Both the position numbers and the translations under genes were made by a program. This document shows positions 20,516 to 31,864 of a DNA stretch of 32,000 nt, one piece after another; the first letter of the stretch is position 1, and the number at the start of each line of letters is the position of its first letter. This stretch comes from Amoeboradix gromovi X-113 (Eukaryota; Fungi; Sanchytriomycota): assembly GCA_018985225.1 (NCBI GenBank), contig JADGIF010000016.1, forward strand, positions 9,374-41,373. The letters run 5' to 3'. The notes under the pieces are model-generated. The model searched no databases. It was given only the letters and a program-made list of their open reading frames with translations, and was not told the origin of the DNA.

Positions 20516-22949
20516 ATGAGTGTTGGTTTAGAGATCGCACAAATATTCGAGACTGCCCAGAAAAGACCAAATCAGAAAAATATCAAGAATCTACAGAAAA
20601 TCCTGATAAACTCAGGTCTGAGCGACTTCACTGATGAATTTCTTCGCCAGTTATCGCTCTTTATGCCTGCAAAATCGCAAAGTACTAATGTTCGTAGATT
20701 AATCAAATTCGTTAGCGATTTTATTGAATCTATCGATAACGAAGAATATTATGAGTTCTCCGATGTTATCTTAAATTCTCTTGTTTATGGAGCTTCTTGC
20801 AGAGAAAAGCATGTTAGAGTTCATTGCATAACTCTTGCTGTATCTATTTTAAAATATCTAAAATCCTTGGATCCGCTTATCTATCAGCAGATAAAAATAA
20901 AGTTTACTAAAGGTTTAACTGACTACGAGGCCCACGTTCGCACAAGTGCAGCTGAAGGATGTTGCGTCTTGATGAAAGCTGACGATGCCGATAATTTTCT
21001 CGATTTGCTCACTGATTCGATTCAAACTGATCCCAGTGCAGAAGTTCGCAAGAAACTGGTCGAAGAATTGCCATTAACAGAAGTTACGATGCCTTTTGTA
21101 TTTGCCAGAATCAGAGATGTAGACGACAATGTCCGTAAAGCAGTGTTAAGGAAAACCTCTGAATCAATTTCGGACTTTAACTTGATTCCAGTGGAATGGA
21201 GGATTAAATTATTATCTGCTGGTTTCCTAGACAGGTCTAAGCACGTAGTTAAAGAAGCAGAGCTACTACTAATTAACAAATGGCTCCCTAGCATAGAACT
21301 GAATTTTCTAAGATTTGTATTGGAATCCGGTTTATCCGACGTTGAGGTGCTTAAAAAGATTTTAGCTTGTGTTTTAAACACTTTTCAAGACACTAAATTC
21401 GTTTTTGATGAAGAGTTCTGGTTTAACATAACTTATGAAAGTGTTTTGATGCTCGAGTCTTATCTAAGTATTTTGCAAGATCGAAATGAGGATGTGACCA
21501 ACTGTTTGCCACAGCTAACTACATTTGTAGACATACTTCAAGAATGTATTTGTTATTAACGTAGATTTAAAGACTTATTTTAAATCTAATGATTTACATA
21601 ATGCACCGGTAATGAACGGATTGCTGGACATCCATCGATTTTATGATAACGGTGATGTTTTTGGAGTTAATAAGCTTTATGGTTTGGCTCGCCAAGTTCT
21701 TATGCTTCAAAAGTGCCCTAGTGAGCTGATTGATGGACTAATTAGGATTTTAAAATTTTCCACCGACTCTACGCTGGAATATTCATCCTGTTTGATTGAA
21801 CTGTTTAATACTATAAAGGACAATTCTGATAAACTTGAGATTAACAAGCGCTTCTCTATCAGCTTCAATGAAGGATCCACTGAAATCGATGAGCAATACC
21901 AGTCTTTGGTCATGCAAAAGGGACTGAAAATATTATCAGCAATATTTGCATCAGACATAACGAAGATAAAAGAATGGTTTAATGTGGACAGTATCATGCA
22001 GTCTATCATTCTGCCTTACTTAGACCAGCCATTGTTAGAAACAAGAATGGAGGCTTTAAAATGTTTGGGTATTCTATCATTGGCATTTGAGAGCATAGCG
22101 ATCGAATATCTCAACAAGATTGGTGAGCTGATATTTAAAGCACAGCTTCCCTTAAGAACACTGGCGCTGCAGATCATCATGGATATTTTATATTATTACA
22201 AGCCTGACAAATTTGTGGAGCTGGAATGCTGTGAGTTATTGATATCATGCTTAAACACTCGCAAGGATCTACTACTATCATTGGCCGTGGAAGGCATAGT
22301 CAAGTTGCTAATTAGTAAGCGAATAATGTCTGTTAATCTTGTAGAGAATTTGTTAATCTTATTTTTCCATCCAAGAACGAACAATGTACCTCGCGTAAGG
22401 CAATGCTTGGCCTACTTTTTTGCGGGATGGACCAAAAATGATGCAGAACATGTTGTAATGATTTCACAGTTGCTCCTGCCTGTTTTGATGAAATTATTCC
22501 AAATTCACTTGCAGCAACAGGACATGATAGATCCAGTAAGTATTGCGTCACAGATGATAGACTGGATAGATCCTCGTAAATCTGGGTTTTCTGACGAGGG
22601 ATTCCAAGCGGATTTGGTTCGCGAGATGATCAGAAATTGTTTTTCATACACCACTGCACAGATTAAATATTGCGTATCCATACTTAACAAGTTTTACACA
22701 GCAAAGGCAGGAGATGAGAGAATAGCCGTCAACGCTGTATATATCGATAATTTAATACAACATGTAGATGAAAATCAGATTAAAACAATGCTGAAGAGAT
22801 ACAAGACCCAAACATTAAAATTAGTAAGTAAAAGCTATATTTTATCAGATGAGTGGATGGTGAAAATATCAAAAGATGTGAACAAGATGTTAACTGGTGA
22901 CGAGAAGATGATTGAATTTGGAACTCCAAGTAAAAGTATGATTGAGTAA
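20516..22949 (+). CDS. YCG1: Condensin complex subunit G (YCG1/NCAPG), two exons (20516-21545, 21565-22949)
   Basis: HEAT repeats with IAQIFETAQK, QTDPSAEVRK, RIRDVDDNVRK, AVEGIVKLL and RVRQCLAYFF. Confidence 0.88.
21546..21564 (+). other. 19-nt spliceosomal intron in YCG1
   Basis: GTATTTGTTATTAACGTAG, phase 1; gives ILQE-Y-LKTYFKSNDLHNAPVMNG, in frame with ORF 21612. Confidence 0.87.
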
Positions 22950-22962
22950 ATTTTATTTGTTA

Positions 22963-23385
22963 CTACTTGCTACATGGCATGGACAGTAATGCAACTTTCC
23001 TATTCTCCGAGCTGAGGACGCTAAAGGTCGATACAGCATGCCTAGTATTCATGGCTTCCCAAGGAATCTTGGATGCCATCAAATTAGATTTAATTTCATC
23101 TGGTAGAAAAAGAGTATCGTTTCCAGTACCGAATATCAAGACACTTGGTTTTAAACTCTGCCATAAAACGAGATTATCTGTATTAAAATCTGTGGCTTTC
23201 CATTTCAATACCATACCTTGATATATAGCTATGGGGCCCTTGTGGTAAATGCCGTTGCTTAAATGAAACCCGGCAGCATCATAGGATGAGATATGTAAAT
23301 TAGATGGAGTCACGAACTCTAGTGTAGTGGGTTGGTATTTTTGATATTTCAAGTAGACTCCTCGTATCATACATGGGATACTCAT
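22963..23385 (-). CDS. NDUFAF3: NDUFAF3/Mth938-like complex I assembly factor
   Basis: ISSYDAAGFHLSNG...GP, PSVLIFGTG and EAMNTRHAVSTFSVLSSENRKV. Confidence 0.85.
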   Translation of the reverse strand: MSIPCMIRGVYLKYQKYQPTTLEFVTPSNLHISSYDAAGFHLSNGIYHKGPIAIYQGMVLKWKATDFNTDNLVLWQSLKPSVLIFGTGNDTLFLPDEIKSNLMASKIPWEAMNTRHAVSTFSVLSSENRKVALLSMPCSK

Positions 23386-23410
23386 CAGAACTAGAGAAGA
23401 TATGAAAATT

Positions 23411-23954
23411 ATAAATAATTTATCGCGAATTTGTGTATATTTTTGTATAATTTCAAGACTTTCCCAGATTTTTCTAATAGCTTAAACACTCGATATTCTT
23501 CCTTTTCGCAAATGGTAAATGAAATCTAAAGAAATAACTAGCAGGTGCAGCATACATTCATCAAAACTGAGTAACTGGTCCAAGCATGGAAATTTGATGC
23601 CATGTACAATATGTGGCACTCTAAAGAAAACCAATTTGGAGAGCTATTCATGTACATAGTGTCATTTGGAAGTCGATATGGACCACATGGCACCAAGGAA
23701 CAAATTTGATGCCATGTACGAGGTATGGTACTCTAAAGAAAACCAATTTAGAAACCTGAACCTGTACAAAGTGTCATTTGGAGATAGATAGAGACCATAT
23801 GGCTGCAAGGAACATATACATCAAGTATATGCATCCTTATTCAATCCCGCCTCAGGGTAGTGAAAGCGTGAGCAATGACTGTAACGGAGATCTAGCATTG
23901 CTAGTTTCTCTGTGGAAATTCTCGATTTTCTCGGAAATCAGGACTTTTAACGAG
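23411..23954 (+). mobile_element. Internally deleted IS607-like/Fanzor2 element (copy B) with an internal 112-bp tandem duplication
   Basis: Same ends as copy A. TnpA stub MKSKEITSRCSIHSSKLSNWSKHG. Zinc-ribbon/DRD segment duplicated at 23590-23701 and 23702-23813. Confidence 0.88.
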
Positions 23955-24410
23955 ACCAATTCTAGTAATATGTCGCCCATCTCTAGATAACAAAATATGA
24001 GATACTTCTGTAAATTTTGCTAGTCTAATTTCTACACCATGTGTCACTAACTTGATACGCAAATATCTCAAGTATAGCAAGTGAAGGGCAATGTCCTATA
24101 TTTTACCGAATATGCCTTATATCGTAGCAGGCTCTTTGTGTTTTGGCTATAGCCGTAATTACCTAAAGAATTAAGCTCTTGCCACGTCGCTACTCTATGA
24201 TCATATTTCATATTCTTAGCAATAAACATCATTGCCAAGGCTCTCTATGCATCAGGGCCTTGTCAAATTTGTAATTTTAGAGCAACAGTCCGGCAAGACT
24301 TACATGATGTACTTCCAATCCGCCATTTTTGTGGTTTGACCATCTGTTAGCTCAATTTTTCTCTTCTATTGTTATTTGCTTTTACCCCTACAGTCCACTC
24401 TTCACGAAGA

Positions 24411-24839
24411 ATGTCTCAAATCTCAAGAACCATTCAATACATAAATGCAGCGGTTCAGGTTACATGCTGGGCGTCCCTGTTTATCCAAAACATTGCTAGT
24501 CCAGTACTCGCAAAGGGAAATTCAATGCGTCCAGCTTTACCTGACTTTTCAATAGTAGTGGTGAGCAGGCTTTCTAAATGCAAAATGGGTGACATAGTAG
24601 CTTGTAAATCACCAATAGATGCGAACAAATATCTTTGTAAAAGAATTGCTGGCGTGGAAGGAAGTAATATAACTGTTGAAGCTACAGGTCATTTGTTCAA
24701 GGTTCCTAAAAACTGTTACTTTCTACTCGGTGACAACGCCTCAACAAGCAGTGACAGCAGAGTATTTGGGCCTGTTCCTTCTCATTTGGTTGTTGGTAGA
24801 GTAATCTTGATGCTTTATCCAGATTTTAGATGGCTTTGA
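24411..24839 (+). CDS. IMP1: Mitochondrial inner membrane peptidase subunit (IMP1-like, S26)
   Basis: GNSMRPAL (catalytic Ser), LCKRI (Lys) and GDNASTSSDSRVFGPVP. Confidence 0.85.
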   Translation: MSQISRTIQYINAAVQVTCWASLFIQNIASPVLAKGNSMRPALPDFSIVVVSRLSKCKMGDIVACKSPIDANKYLCKRIAGVEGSNITVEATGHLFKVPKNCYFLLGDNASTSSDSRVFGPVPSHLVVGRVILMLYPDFRWL

Positions 24840-25023
24840 TTTGTGCCATTTCAAGTCCTAGAGTATTTCAATGAGACAAATTCTGCAGTCAATTATCTTA
24901 CTAAAAATATCTCAAGTAGAGGTAGTCGTGCAGAAGCTTTATACATTTTATAATCAGCGCTCTGAGTGGCAAATCATGACCAGTTTTTGTTCTTCGTTCG
25001 ACACTCAGGAAAAGCAATAGCAA

Positions 25024-25508
25024 TGGGACACCAAATCTAAAAAACTAGACTAACTCGTATTTAAAGGTGCTCCATACGCAGGAAATGCTATCATTAATAA
25101 AAGATCTTCTATTATACCAATTTTCTTTCATTGATTGTATCCCCTCTTCAAAATAAAAGTAGAAGACCCTGCATCTCGTTCAAATACATGAGGTCTTTGA
25201 GCATCTAAGCAAAAGGTGCATTTTCTTAGACGGTACTCTTTTCTAGAGTCATTTTGTAATGTTATACTAACATCATTACTCTTATCTATTGTAGTTTTTA
25301 CAGAGTAATAGTGATATTTTATTTGAAGTAAAGATTGGATGAAAGAGTAAGAGAATAGCAGTACAGAATATTTATTTTCCTTTTATACTCTTCAACTCCG
25401 CAACTAGCTGAATGTCCATTCGCCTCTTAAATCCATAAATTAATAAAGCTGAAATAATGTGCCAAGTTGTTACAGAAAGTTAGTCCAGTTTTTATATTTG
25501 ATGTCCCA
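25024..25508 (-). mobile_element. Non-autonomous TIR element (copy 2), inverted relative to 3415-4033, with a larger internal deletion
   Basis: Reverse complement aligns to about 3415-3606 and about 3753-4033. Ends are TGGGACACC...GATGTCCCA. Retains YRLRKCTFC...VFERDAGSSTFILKRG. Confidence 0.88.
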
Positions 25509-25830
25509 CGTGTAGTTTTACTAAGGTTGGTCACTATTTTCTTGGTTTGATGCTGCACTGGCCCTATCTTTGATCCTTATAGTTGACATAGTAAATAGCT
25601 TTTTATCATAATCTCACTACAATATCGTATGTCTAATTTTTAATCAACAGTTTCCGACCACAAGCTTTTTGTTTATAAAATAAACGACTGCTGAGTTTTC
25701 TGCATTGAGTGATAATTTTAACGTAGTGCTGTGGCCTAATTGTGCTTTTCCAGTACAGCTTGGATACTTCTATAATGGGGTTGGACGTCCAATGAGTTTT
25801 CTCAACTTTTTACCCCCCAGTCTACCTTTC

Positions 25831-26139
25831 ATGAGTTTGTTCCCAGTATTTATCGGATTGACTTTAGGTGCAACTGCTCTCTTTGCTAAGAAAGCAATAC
25901 AAATGGCAGGTCAATATAAAATTGCCGGACGATTTGGAAGATTTCCCAAAGGTGGTTTTCCTCAGGAAATCAGAAAGTCAGATGCCTTGCAGATTTTGGG
26001 AATACAGGCCAGCAATCCCTCAAAATCTTTAATTCAAGAGCGACATAGAAGTTTAATGAAGTACAACCATCCGGATCTTGGAGGATCTCCTTTGATTAGT
26101 TCAAAGATCAATGAAGCAAAAAAAGTTCTTGAAGAGTAA
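25831..26139 (+). CDS. PAM18: Mitochondrial import motor J-protein PAM18/TIM14
   Basis: A TM segment, then KGGF...ALQILG...HRSLMKYNHPDLGGSPLISSKINEAK. Confidence 0.92.
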   Translation: MSLFPVFIGLTLGATALFAKKAIQMAGQYKIAGRFGRFPKGGFPQEIRKSDALQILGIQASNPSKSLIQERHRSLMKYNHPDLGGSPLISSKINEAKKVLEE

Positions 26140-26148
26140 TAAATATAT

Positions 26149-26970
26149 TTATTTTTTTGATTTCTTGAAATTTATCTTAAATTTAAACTTCTTAAAGAAG
26201 GATTTAGACTTTTTTTGGATTAAAACTAAGTCTCTATCAATTTCTTCAACTCCCAGAGCGGCTATATCAGTGCTTGCGCTGTTGTTACTTTCGATATTAT
26301 TATCAGAAGGACTTTCCATATCGATAGCCTCATCAACGCTTTCTAGATTATCCGGTGCATCGGATAATTCAGCAGTTTCGTTGAGTGCATCGTCGAATTG
26401 CACGGTTTTTTCATTTAAGGTATGCGTTAACTTCAACTCGCCAAATTTTAGCCAAATAATATCAAAATCATTATTTTCCCACTCAAAAGATAAGTCGTAA
26501 AAGTTGCTGTTCGTCAGTTCGTCCATCTGGCTCAACCCTTTGCTCATCTTTATTGAATTCGCAAAAATATCTCGCAAAAGTGTGGAATTAAATTTAAAAA
26601 CATGTGATCTCAGTGGCTCTGTGACTTTGACGATATTATCATCAATTAGCTCCACATGGCAGCATTTGGAGTAAAACATACCAATTGGAATCTCTTCATT
26701 TTCACGATAATAAAACACCATCCCTTTTGGATTCAACAACGCACGCGCCATATTTTTGTAGATTTCAAGGTTTCTTTCTTTTGAGTTTGCGTCGGTTCCA
26801 TATGAAATATATCGAGAATGATAAACCTTCAACATCGGAAGATTGTATTTGTTGCCGATTCCTTTCCAGCAGATGCTTACATTTCTATTTGCATACAGAT
26901 AGAATGGTAATCCTCCGAGTTTCTGGCAGTTAAAAGTTGTGTGGTTACTCATATCATCAGTAAGAGGCAT
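26149..26970 (-). CDS. Hypothetical protein; start uncertain
   Basis: Long ORF with an acidic then basic tail; the stop overlaps AATAAA as in neighbouring genes. Confidence 0.6.
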   Translation of the reverse strand: MPLTDDMSNHTTFNCQKLGGLPFYLYANRNVSICWKGIGNKYNLPMLKVYHSRYISYGTDANSKERNLEIYKNMARALLNPKGMVFYYRENEEIPIGMFYSKCCHVELIDDNIVKVTEPLRSHVFKFNSTLLRDIFANSIKMSKGLSQMDELTNSNFYDLSFEWENNDFDIIWLKFGELKLTHTLNEKTVQFDDALNETAELSDAPDNLESVDEAIDMESPSDNNIESNNSASTDIAALGVEEIDRDLVLIQKKSKSFFKKFKFKINFKKSKK

Positions 26971-27735
26971 CCTGACTTTTAAATTAAAGACGAAACATTT
27001 GATTGGGTAGCACAATGCGAAATTGAAATTAAACTGATGGACTCTAGTCAAAGACTTCAAAAAATAAACAGTTCTTTAAGCCATCGCGTAATTTTGTTCT
27101 TGTTTTATAAGACTTTGAAATTGGAATCAGTTTTGGATCTTGGATCAATAGGTGTAACAAATATAAAGACAGGGACAAGTCGAGGAATTCAATTATTTCA
27201 AGCATGATGCAGGACCCAATTTCAGAAAACATCTCCACCTGTAAGTCTTGGGACCTCTTGGTGAGAAGTGTCACTCACATAATATGCCATAAGCCTTTTT
27301 CAATATGAAAAATGCACTGGCAACATTTCTTTCGAAATAGCTAGGCTGATTAACACTTAAGCATATGTTGCAATATCTCAACCGCTTACACTTTTATATC
27401 CTGTCTTGATGTTTGTAATGTCGCATCTGATGACATGAATATGTCGTATTCCTAGTGTGGCTACTAGGCATTCCTCCTACTTGGAAATGAGGACATTCTG
27501 TCATAATGGGTCTCATATTCTTTCACAGATGAGAGTTCAAACATAAAGACAGACCTAAATCTGCAGGAATAGAGTTTATTGAAGGTTGTGGCTCATAAAA
27601 TCATGGAAAATAATTTATTTAGTTAGTTACACTTTACATCTGATTCTATGTCTCAAGTTAAAGAAAACGCATGGTTGAAGAGCTTCATAAACATATAAGT
27701 ATTTACTTTGCACTTATTGCGACTGCGAATCTAAA

Positions 27736-29604
27736 TTATAAAGTGTTACTTTGCTGGATTCTTTGCTCCCATATATTCATTCTTTTTTCTATGTCTACGT
27801 TTTTAGGAAGGTCTTCTACAACAGGGATTACAAATTTGGGTTCATCCTCTTTAACCGACTCTCCATTTTTTATCTTAATGGTCTTCTTTACCACTTTTTC
27901 TACCATTTCTGAGATTTCTTTCTTCTGCTCTGGAGTTTTTGCTTGTATGTAACCTGTACTGTTGTCACCCTTGAAAAGGTCTTTTTTCAACGTGTCAATA
28001 TTAAACTCAAAGTCTTTTTTCAATCTTTTAGCAAATTCTTCCTTTCTTACATCTACTGCAGGAGCAGCGATTTTTTCTTCTTTCTCGACAAACTTTTCTC
28101 CTTGGTTCTCTTCAAACTTCCTCAAAGATGACTGATAAGCCATCATTCTTGCTTTTATAGCACTTTGTTCACCAGTAACTTCTATCGGAACAATAGCTGC
28201 TGCTTCTGCTTTAGTGCCTTTATTTTGCTCAAAGATTTTCAAGTTTTGTTGGTAACTGTTCATTCTGTCTTTGATAGAGGAAGAAAATGGTGAAATGATT
28301 TGATTTGGAAATTGCGATGAGTCTTTACTTTCAAGATGTATACGGTTTGTGGAATGTAGACTATCTGGAAACTTAAGTTGGGTATTTTTCAAACTTGTGT
28401 CTCTGGAATCCTCTTCTATGAAGTCTCTAGAGGCTCTTTGCAGGGAGTCCTTTCTTCCAAGCGTTCTTGAATTTATTCTGTTTGAGTTCGATCGACTAAT
28501 AGTTATCGCTTTCGTTTCTTTTTCTATGTTTTCACTTTTCTGGTAGTTAGATAACCTGTCTTTCAAAGGCGTTCCTGTTTTTATCTGCAGTACAGTTTCA
28601 CCACTTCTGTTAGATTTCATGGAAACGCTACGCTCCAAAACTGCCATTCTATTACGGAGAGGCTGCAAAGTTTTCTCTACCATTATATTTTCTTTGGGTG
28701 CTATTTCATGCAGTGAAAGTCCCGAAGATGATATTTTGCTTTTCCTTGATAAGGATTTGATATCAAATGATTCCTCGTTAGTTTGCTTATTTGAGTTTTT
28801 CCTGCTTGATGTAACTGTCATATCGCTTTCTTTCATTGAGTGTTCTTCCTCATTAATAACTGACGAAAGCGCTTGGACTATGTTTTTTGTACTTGAAGAA
28901 GACATTTGATGAAGTTCACTGTGTTCTTCTGTAAATAGGCTGGTCATTGACGATCCAGGTGTTTTCAGTTTTTCCTTTAGTCTAAAAGATTTGCGTCTGT
29001 CCACTCCTTCATTGAGACTTGGAACACTTCCATTTTGAAATAGAGTCACTGATGAAGAAACACTCAGACTGCGTTGAGTTACTAGTAGAGCATCCATAAC
29101 ATTCTCATTAGACTGCGCTTTTGCAAGCCTTTCAGAAGAGGAGTAAATTTCCGTAGATTTTGTTACTGCTACTTCGTACTGCTTTATCTTGTTTTTTAAA
29201 TCATTTTCATTTGCGGATACTGCAGACTCTATGTTATCAGGTATCTGTCTTAGTGAAGCTTTGTTGTTTTCATCAGAGTTAGTCTCTTGCTGTCTTGGTA
29301 AGACAGGCTTGGTGGATAGTTCAAGGGGCTTATTGGAACTTGCTGGTAAGGAAACATCTTTTGATAATTTTCTATCAGAAATAGTGGGATCCAAGACATA
29401 CTTACCACCAGCACTTTTGAAAAGCTGCTGATAATGGGGTTTACAATAAAAGGAACCATTTGCTGCAGCGAAATTTGACAGGGTGATAGTAGAATTACAA
29501 TGCTTACATTTAAAACAATTTTGATGAAATAAAACATTGTTGGCTCTCAACTCTTCAACGATATATACTGTTTTGAAGCACGAACTACAAGCTCTGGAAG
29601 ACAT
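27736..29604 (-). CDS. N-terminal LIM-domain protein with a long low-complexity tail
   Basis: CSSCFKTVYIVEEL...FHQNCFKCKHC...FYCKPHYQQLFK (LIMA1/MICAL-type LIM domain). Confidence 0.85.
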   Translation of the reverse strand: MSSRACSSCFKTVYIVEELRANNVLFHQNCFKCKHCNSTITLSNFAAANGSFYCKPHYQQLFKSAGGKYVLDPTISDRKLSKDVSLPASSNKPLELSTKPVLPRQQETNSDENNKASLRQIPDNIESAVSANENDLKNKIKQYEVAVTKSTEIYSSSERLAKAQSNENVMDALLVTQRSLSVSSSVTLFQNGSVPSLNEGVDRRKSFRLKEKLKTPGSSMTSLFTEEHSELHQMSSSSTKNIVQALSSVINEEEHSMKESDMTVTSSRKNSNKQTNEESFDIKSLSRKSKISSSGLSLHEIAPKENIMVEKTLQPLRNRMAVLERSVSMKSNRSGETVLQIKTGTPLKDRLSNYQKSENIEKETKAITISRSNSNRINSRTLGRKDSLQRASRDFIEEDSRDTSLKNTQLKFPDSLHSTNRIHLESKDSSQFPNQIISPFSSSIKDRMNSYQQNLKIFEQNKGTKAEAAAIVPIEVTGEQSAIKARMMAYQSSLRKFEENQGEKFVEKEEKIAAPAVDVRKEEFAKRLKKDFEFNIDTLKKDLFKGDNSTGYIQAKTPEQKKEISEMVEKVVKKTIKIKNGESVKEDEPKFVIPVVEDLPKNVDIEKRMNIWEQRIQQSNTL

Positions 29605-30619
29605 TTTCGATTTGAAAGTAATGGCTTGAACACGTGTAGTTTCCACTTAAAATCCATTTTCATAGAATGTAAACATTATCAACAGACGTAAATGATGACA
29701 GTCATTATTTTTACAAGAGCTAAAGCAGGTTCATTCACTAATTTAGTTTATTAATAAATTAAAGTTACGAACTTTATTAGTATTGCCACGTATTTGTAAT
29801 TTCTCTAGAAGCAAAACGGTATTAAAATCGAGGTCTTACCTTGTGTATCAACACTCTCTTGTTGTTCTAATCAAGAATTATGCGCCTAGAGAAAAACGCG
29901 CATTCACAGTAATGTTGAAAAATGGCTGAGATACCTGGTTTATTTTACGATAAGTAGACCTGAGGGTAATAAGATAGGGCGACAAAAAAACACTGATTCA
30001 CTAGACGTCCAAACTTCGTTAAATAATTACACGCAAATCTAATCAGACCATTTCACTAGATCATTTATACCAGCAAACACAATCAAAGCGATCAGAAGTT
30101 GCTAAAGATAGCAATCGTGTTCTCGATCAACGCTTTCTGTTGCTATGGTTGAGATATGGCATAGGAAAATAAAGAAATGTTGTTTTGAAAGATTCAAAAT
30201 GAGCAGAAAACAATGGATTGACTCACAGAAAACTATTGCCAGGTACAGTGACGCCTACAAACATGAAATAAAGTAGAAGAGAAAAGGAAAAACGAGTTTT
30301 GAAATAGTAAAGGGTGATAGAAAGCAATTTACTATGGTGACAGCAGTTTTAGGTACAGTAGGAAGAGCGCTATGGCATGCGAAATAAGAAAATCATGTAT
30401 TCTCGGTAGAAAGACAAAGTGCTGCTTATTCAGGAGTTCCGAATGCAAGTATTGCTAGAGCTATCATGGGGCTGACGGCAAGTATGAGAGCACTCGCTCT
30501 CAATAGAATCTTTGATAGTCTACAGTATTCACTGTGATGAAATCATGGATACAGATGTGAACGCGTGCTAAAAAAATTTAAAGACCAGCGCAAGTCTATT
30601 TTTGTAGCGTGCGATCATT

Positions 30620-31858
30620 TTATCGCATCCATTCTATGACTTTTACCAAATCATCTGCATGTTTGTACACTTGATGACAATAGAATGAAGGATTGTTTGT
30701 TAGAACTGATAGTCCTATGAATTCCAGAGTATATGAATTGATAGTCATATTTGCTAATTTATCATCCAATTTATCATTAGTTTCAAGGTGATTAACTTTC
30801 CTGTTTAAAAAAAGTCGGATGTTCAAGTGCTTAGCTATTCCTGTTAGTTCTTTATAATTTGGTAAAACAGCTCTAATTGATTTGTCTAGCCTTCCAATCA
30901 GTCCATAAATAGGCGTATTGAAAGGATACTGTATAATTACATTACTAGCTGCTGCCGCTCTTGCATCTGGAGTGATCTTAAGCAAAGATGTTAAAATTAA
31001 ATCTGCCAAGGTAAAACTATCTTGATTACCCTCAAACCAACCCTCGTAAATTCGCTCAATAATCCAGCCCGGAATACAGTAGCCCCATTTTGAATTCAAA
31101 TCAGTAGGGACTACAATCCAACCCAGGTTGGACTTATATTTCGGTTGATTATAAACAGTTTTAAAAGATCCAAAGGATTTTGTAACTTCTTTTAACTCCA
31201 TGTCATTATCAGAGGGATCCGCTTGAACAATACAAATACTCAGCAGTCTTTGCAGATTAGAGTGGGACAATAATTCCATACAGTGATTTGATCCCCAATC
31301 TAGCACTTGAACAGGTCTTCCATCTTTCTCTGCACTTAATCCTTTCTGCGGGTGCACAAAGGTCTTGGCATCTTTTCTCAATAAATCTGTTCTTACTATA
31401 TGACCATGCTGCTTTAACATCAGCCTTAGTTGACTGACAAAGTAGTCTTCTCCCATATTGAAGCAGTGCAGCCCTCTGAATTCTGGATAGCCATAGATCA
31501 CTGGAATGCAGTAAGTTTCTAGCTTGTTCATTTTAATCACCAGAGCGGATTTGTTAGTCATCAAAATTGCAGATCCAACACAATTGTATACGCATTCTAT
31601 TGTAACGTTCAATGACAACAATGCTTTAAGCATTAGCTCTTTAGTCTTGTACTTCATCAGAACATCCTCAGCCAGTATAACCTTCTTAGGATTCACCAAT
31701 AATTTGTTGCTAAAGATATCGCTGAATATCTTAACATATTCTGGCACACTGTACTCATTTTTCAAATATATGTAAAATCCATGTTGATGTTGTAGCCCTA
31801 CCAGTCCGTAGGATATTCCTTGATCCCATAAGTTCAAAATAGGAGTCATTTGGGACAT
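30620..31858 (-). CDS. Divergent actin-related protein, most like dynactin Arp10/Arp11
   Basis: Actin-fold traces: ILNLWDQGISYGLVG, NPKKVILAED, SALVIKMNKLETYCIPVIYG and LILTSLLKITPDARAAAASNVII. Confidence 0.68.
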   Translation of the reverse strand: MSQMTPILNLWDQGISYGLVGLQHQHGFYIYLKNEYSVPEYVKIFSDIFSNKLLVNPKKVILAEDVLMKYKTKELMLKALLSLNVTIECVYNCVGSAILMTNKSALVIKMNKLETYCIPVIYGYPEFRGLHCFNMGEDYFVSQLRLMLKQHGHIVRTDLLRKDAKTFVHPQKGLSAEKDGRPVQVLDWGSNHCMELLSHSNLQRLLSICIVQADPSDNDMELKEVTKSFGSFKTVYNQPKYKSNLGWIVVPTDLNSKWGYCIPGWIIERIYEGWFEGNQDSFTLADLILTSLLKITPDARAAAASNVIIQYPFNTPIYGLIGRLDKSIRAVLPNYKELTGIAKHLNIRLFLNRKVNHLETNDKLDDKLANMTINSYTLEFIGLSVLTNNPSFYCHQVYKHADDLVKVIEWMR

Positions 31859-31864
31859 GCACTC

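Noticed and set aside
27063-27120. Resemblance to the IS607-like left end (ATCGCG..AATTT..AAGACTTT)
   Set aside because: Short AT-rich similarity with no TnpA stub or right end downstream.
335-31775. Numerous 60-130 aa ORFs antisense to or nested in the called genes
   Set aside because: Shadow ORFs without motifs, mostly with non-ATG starts.
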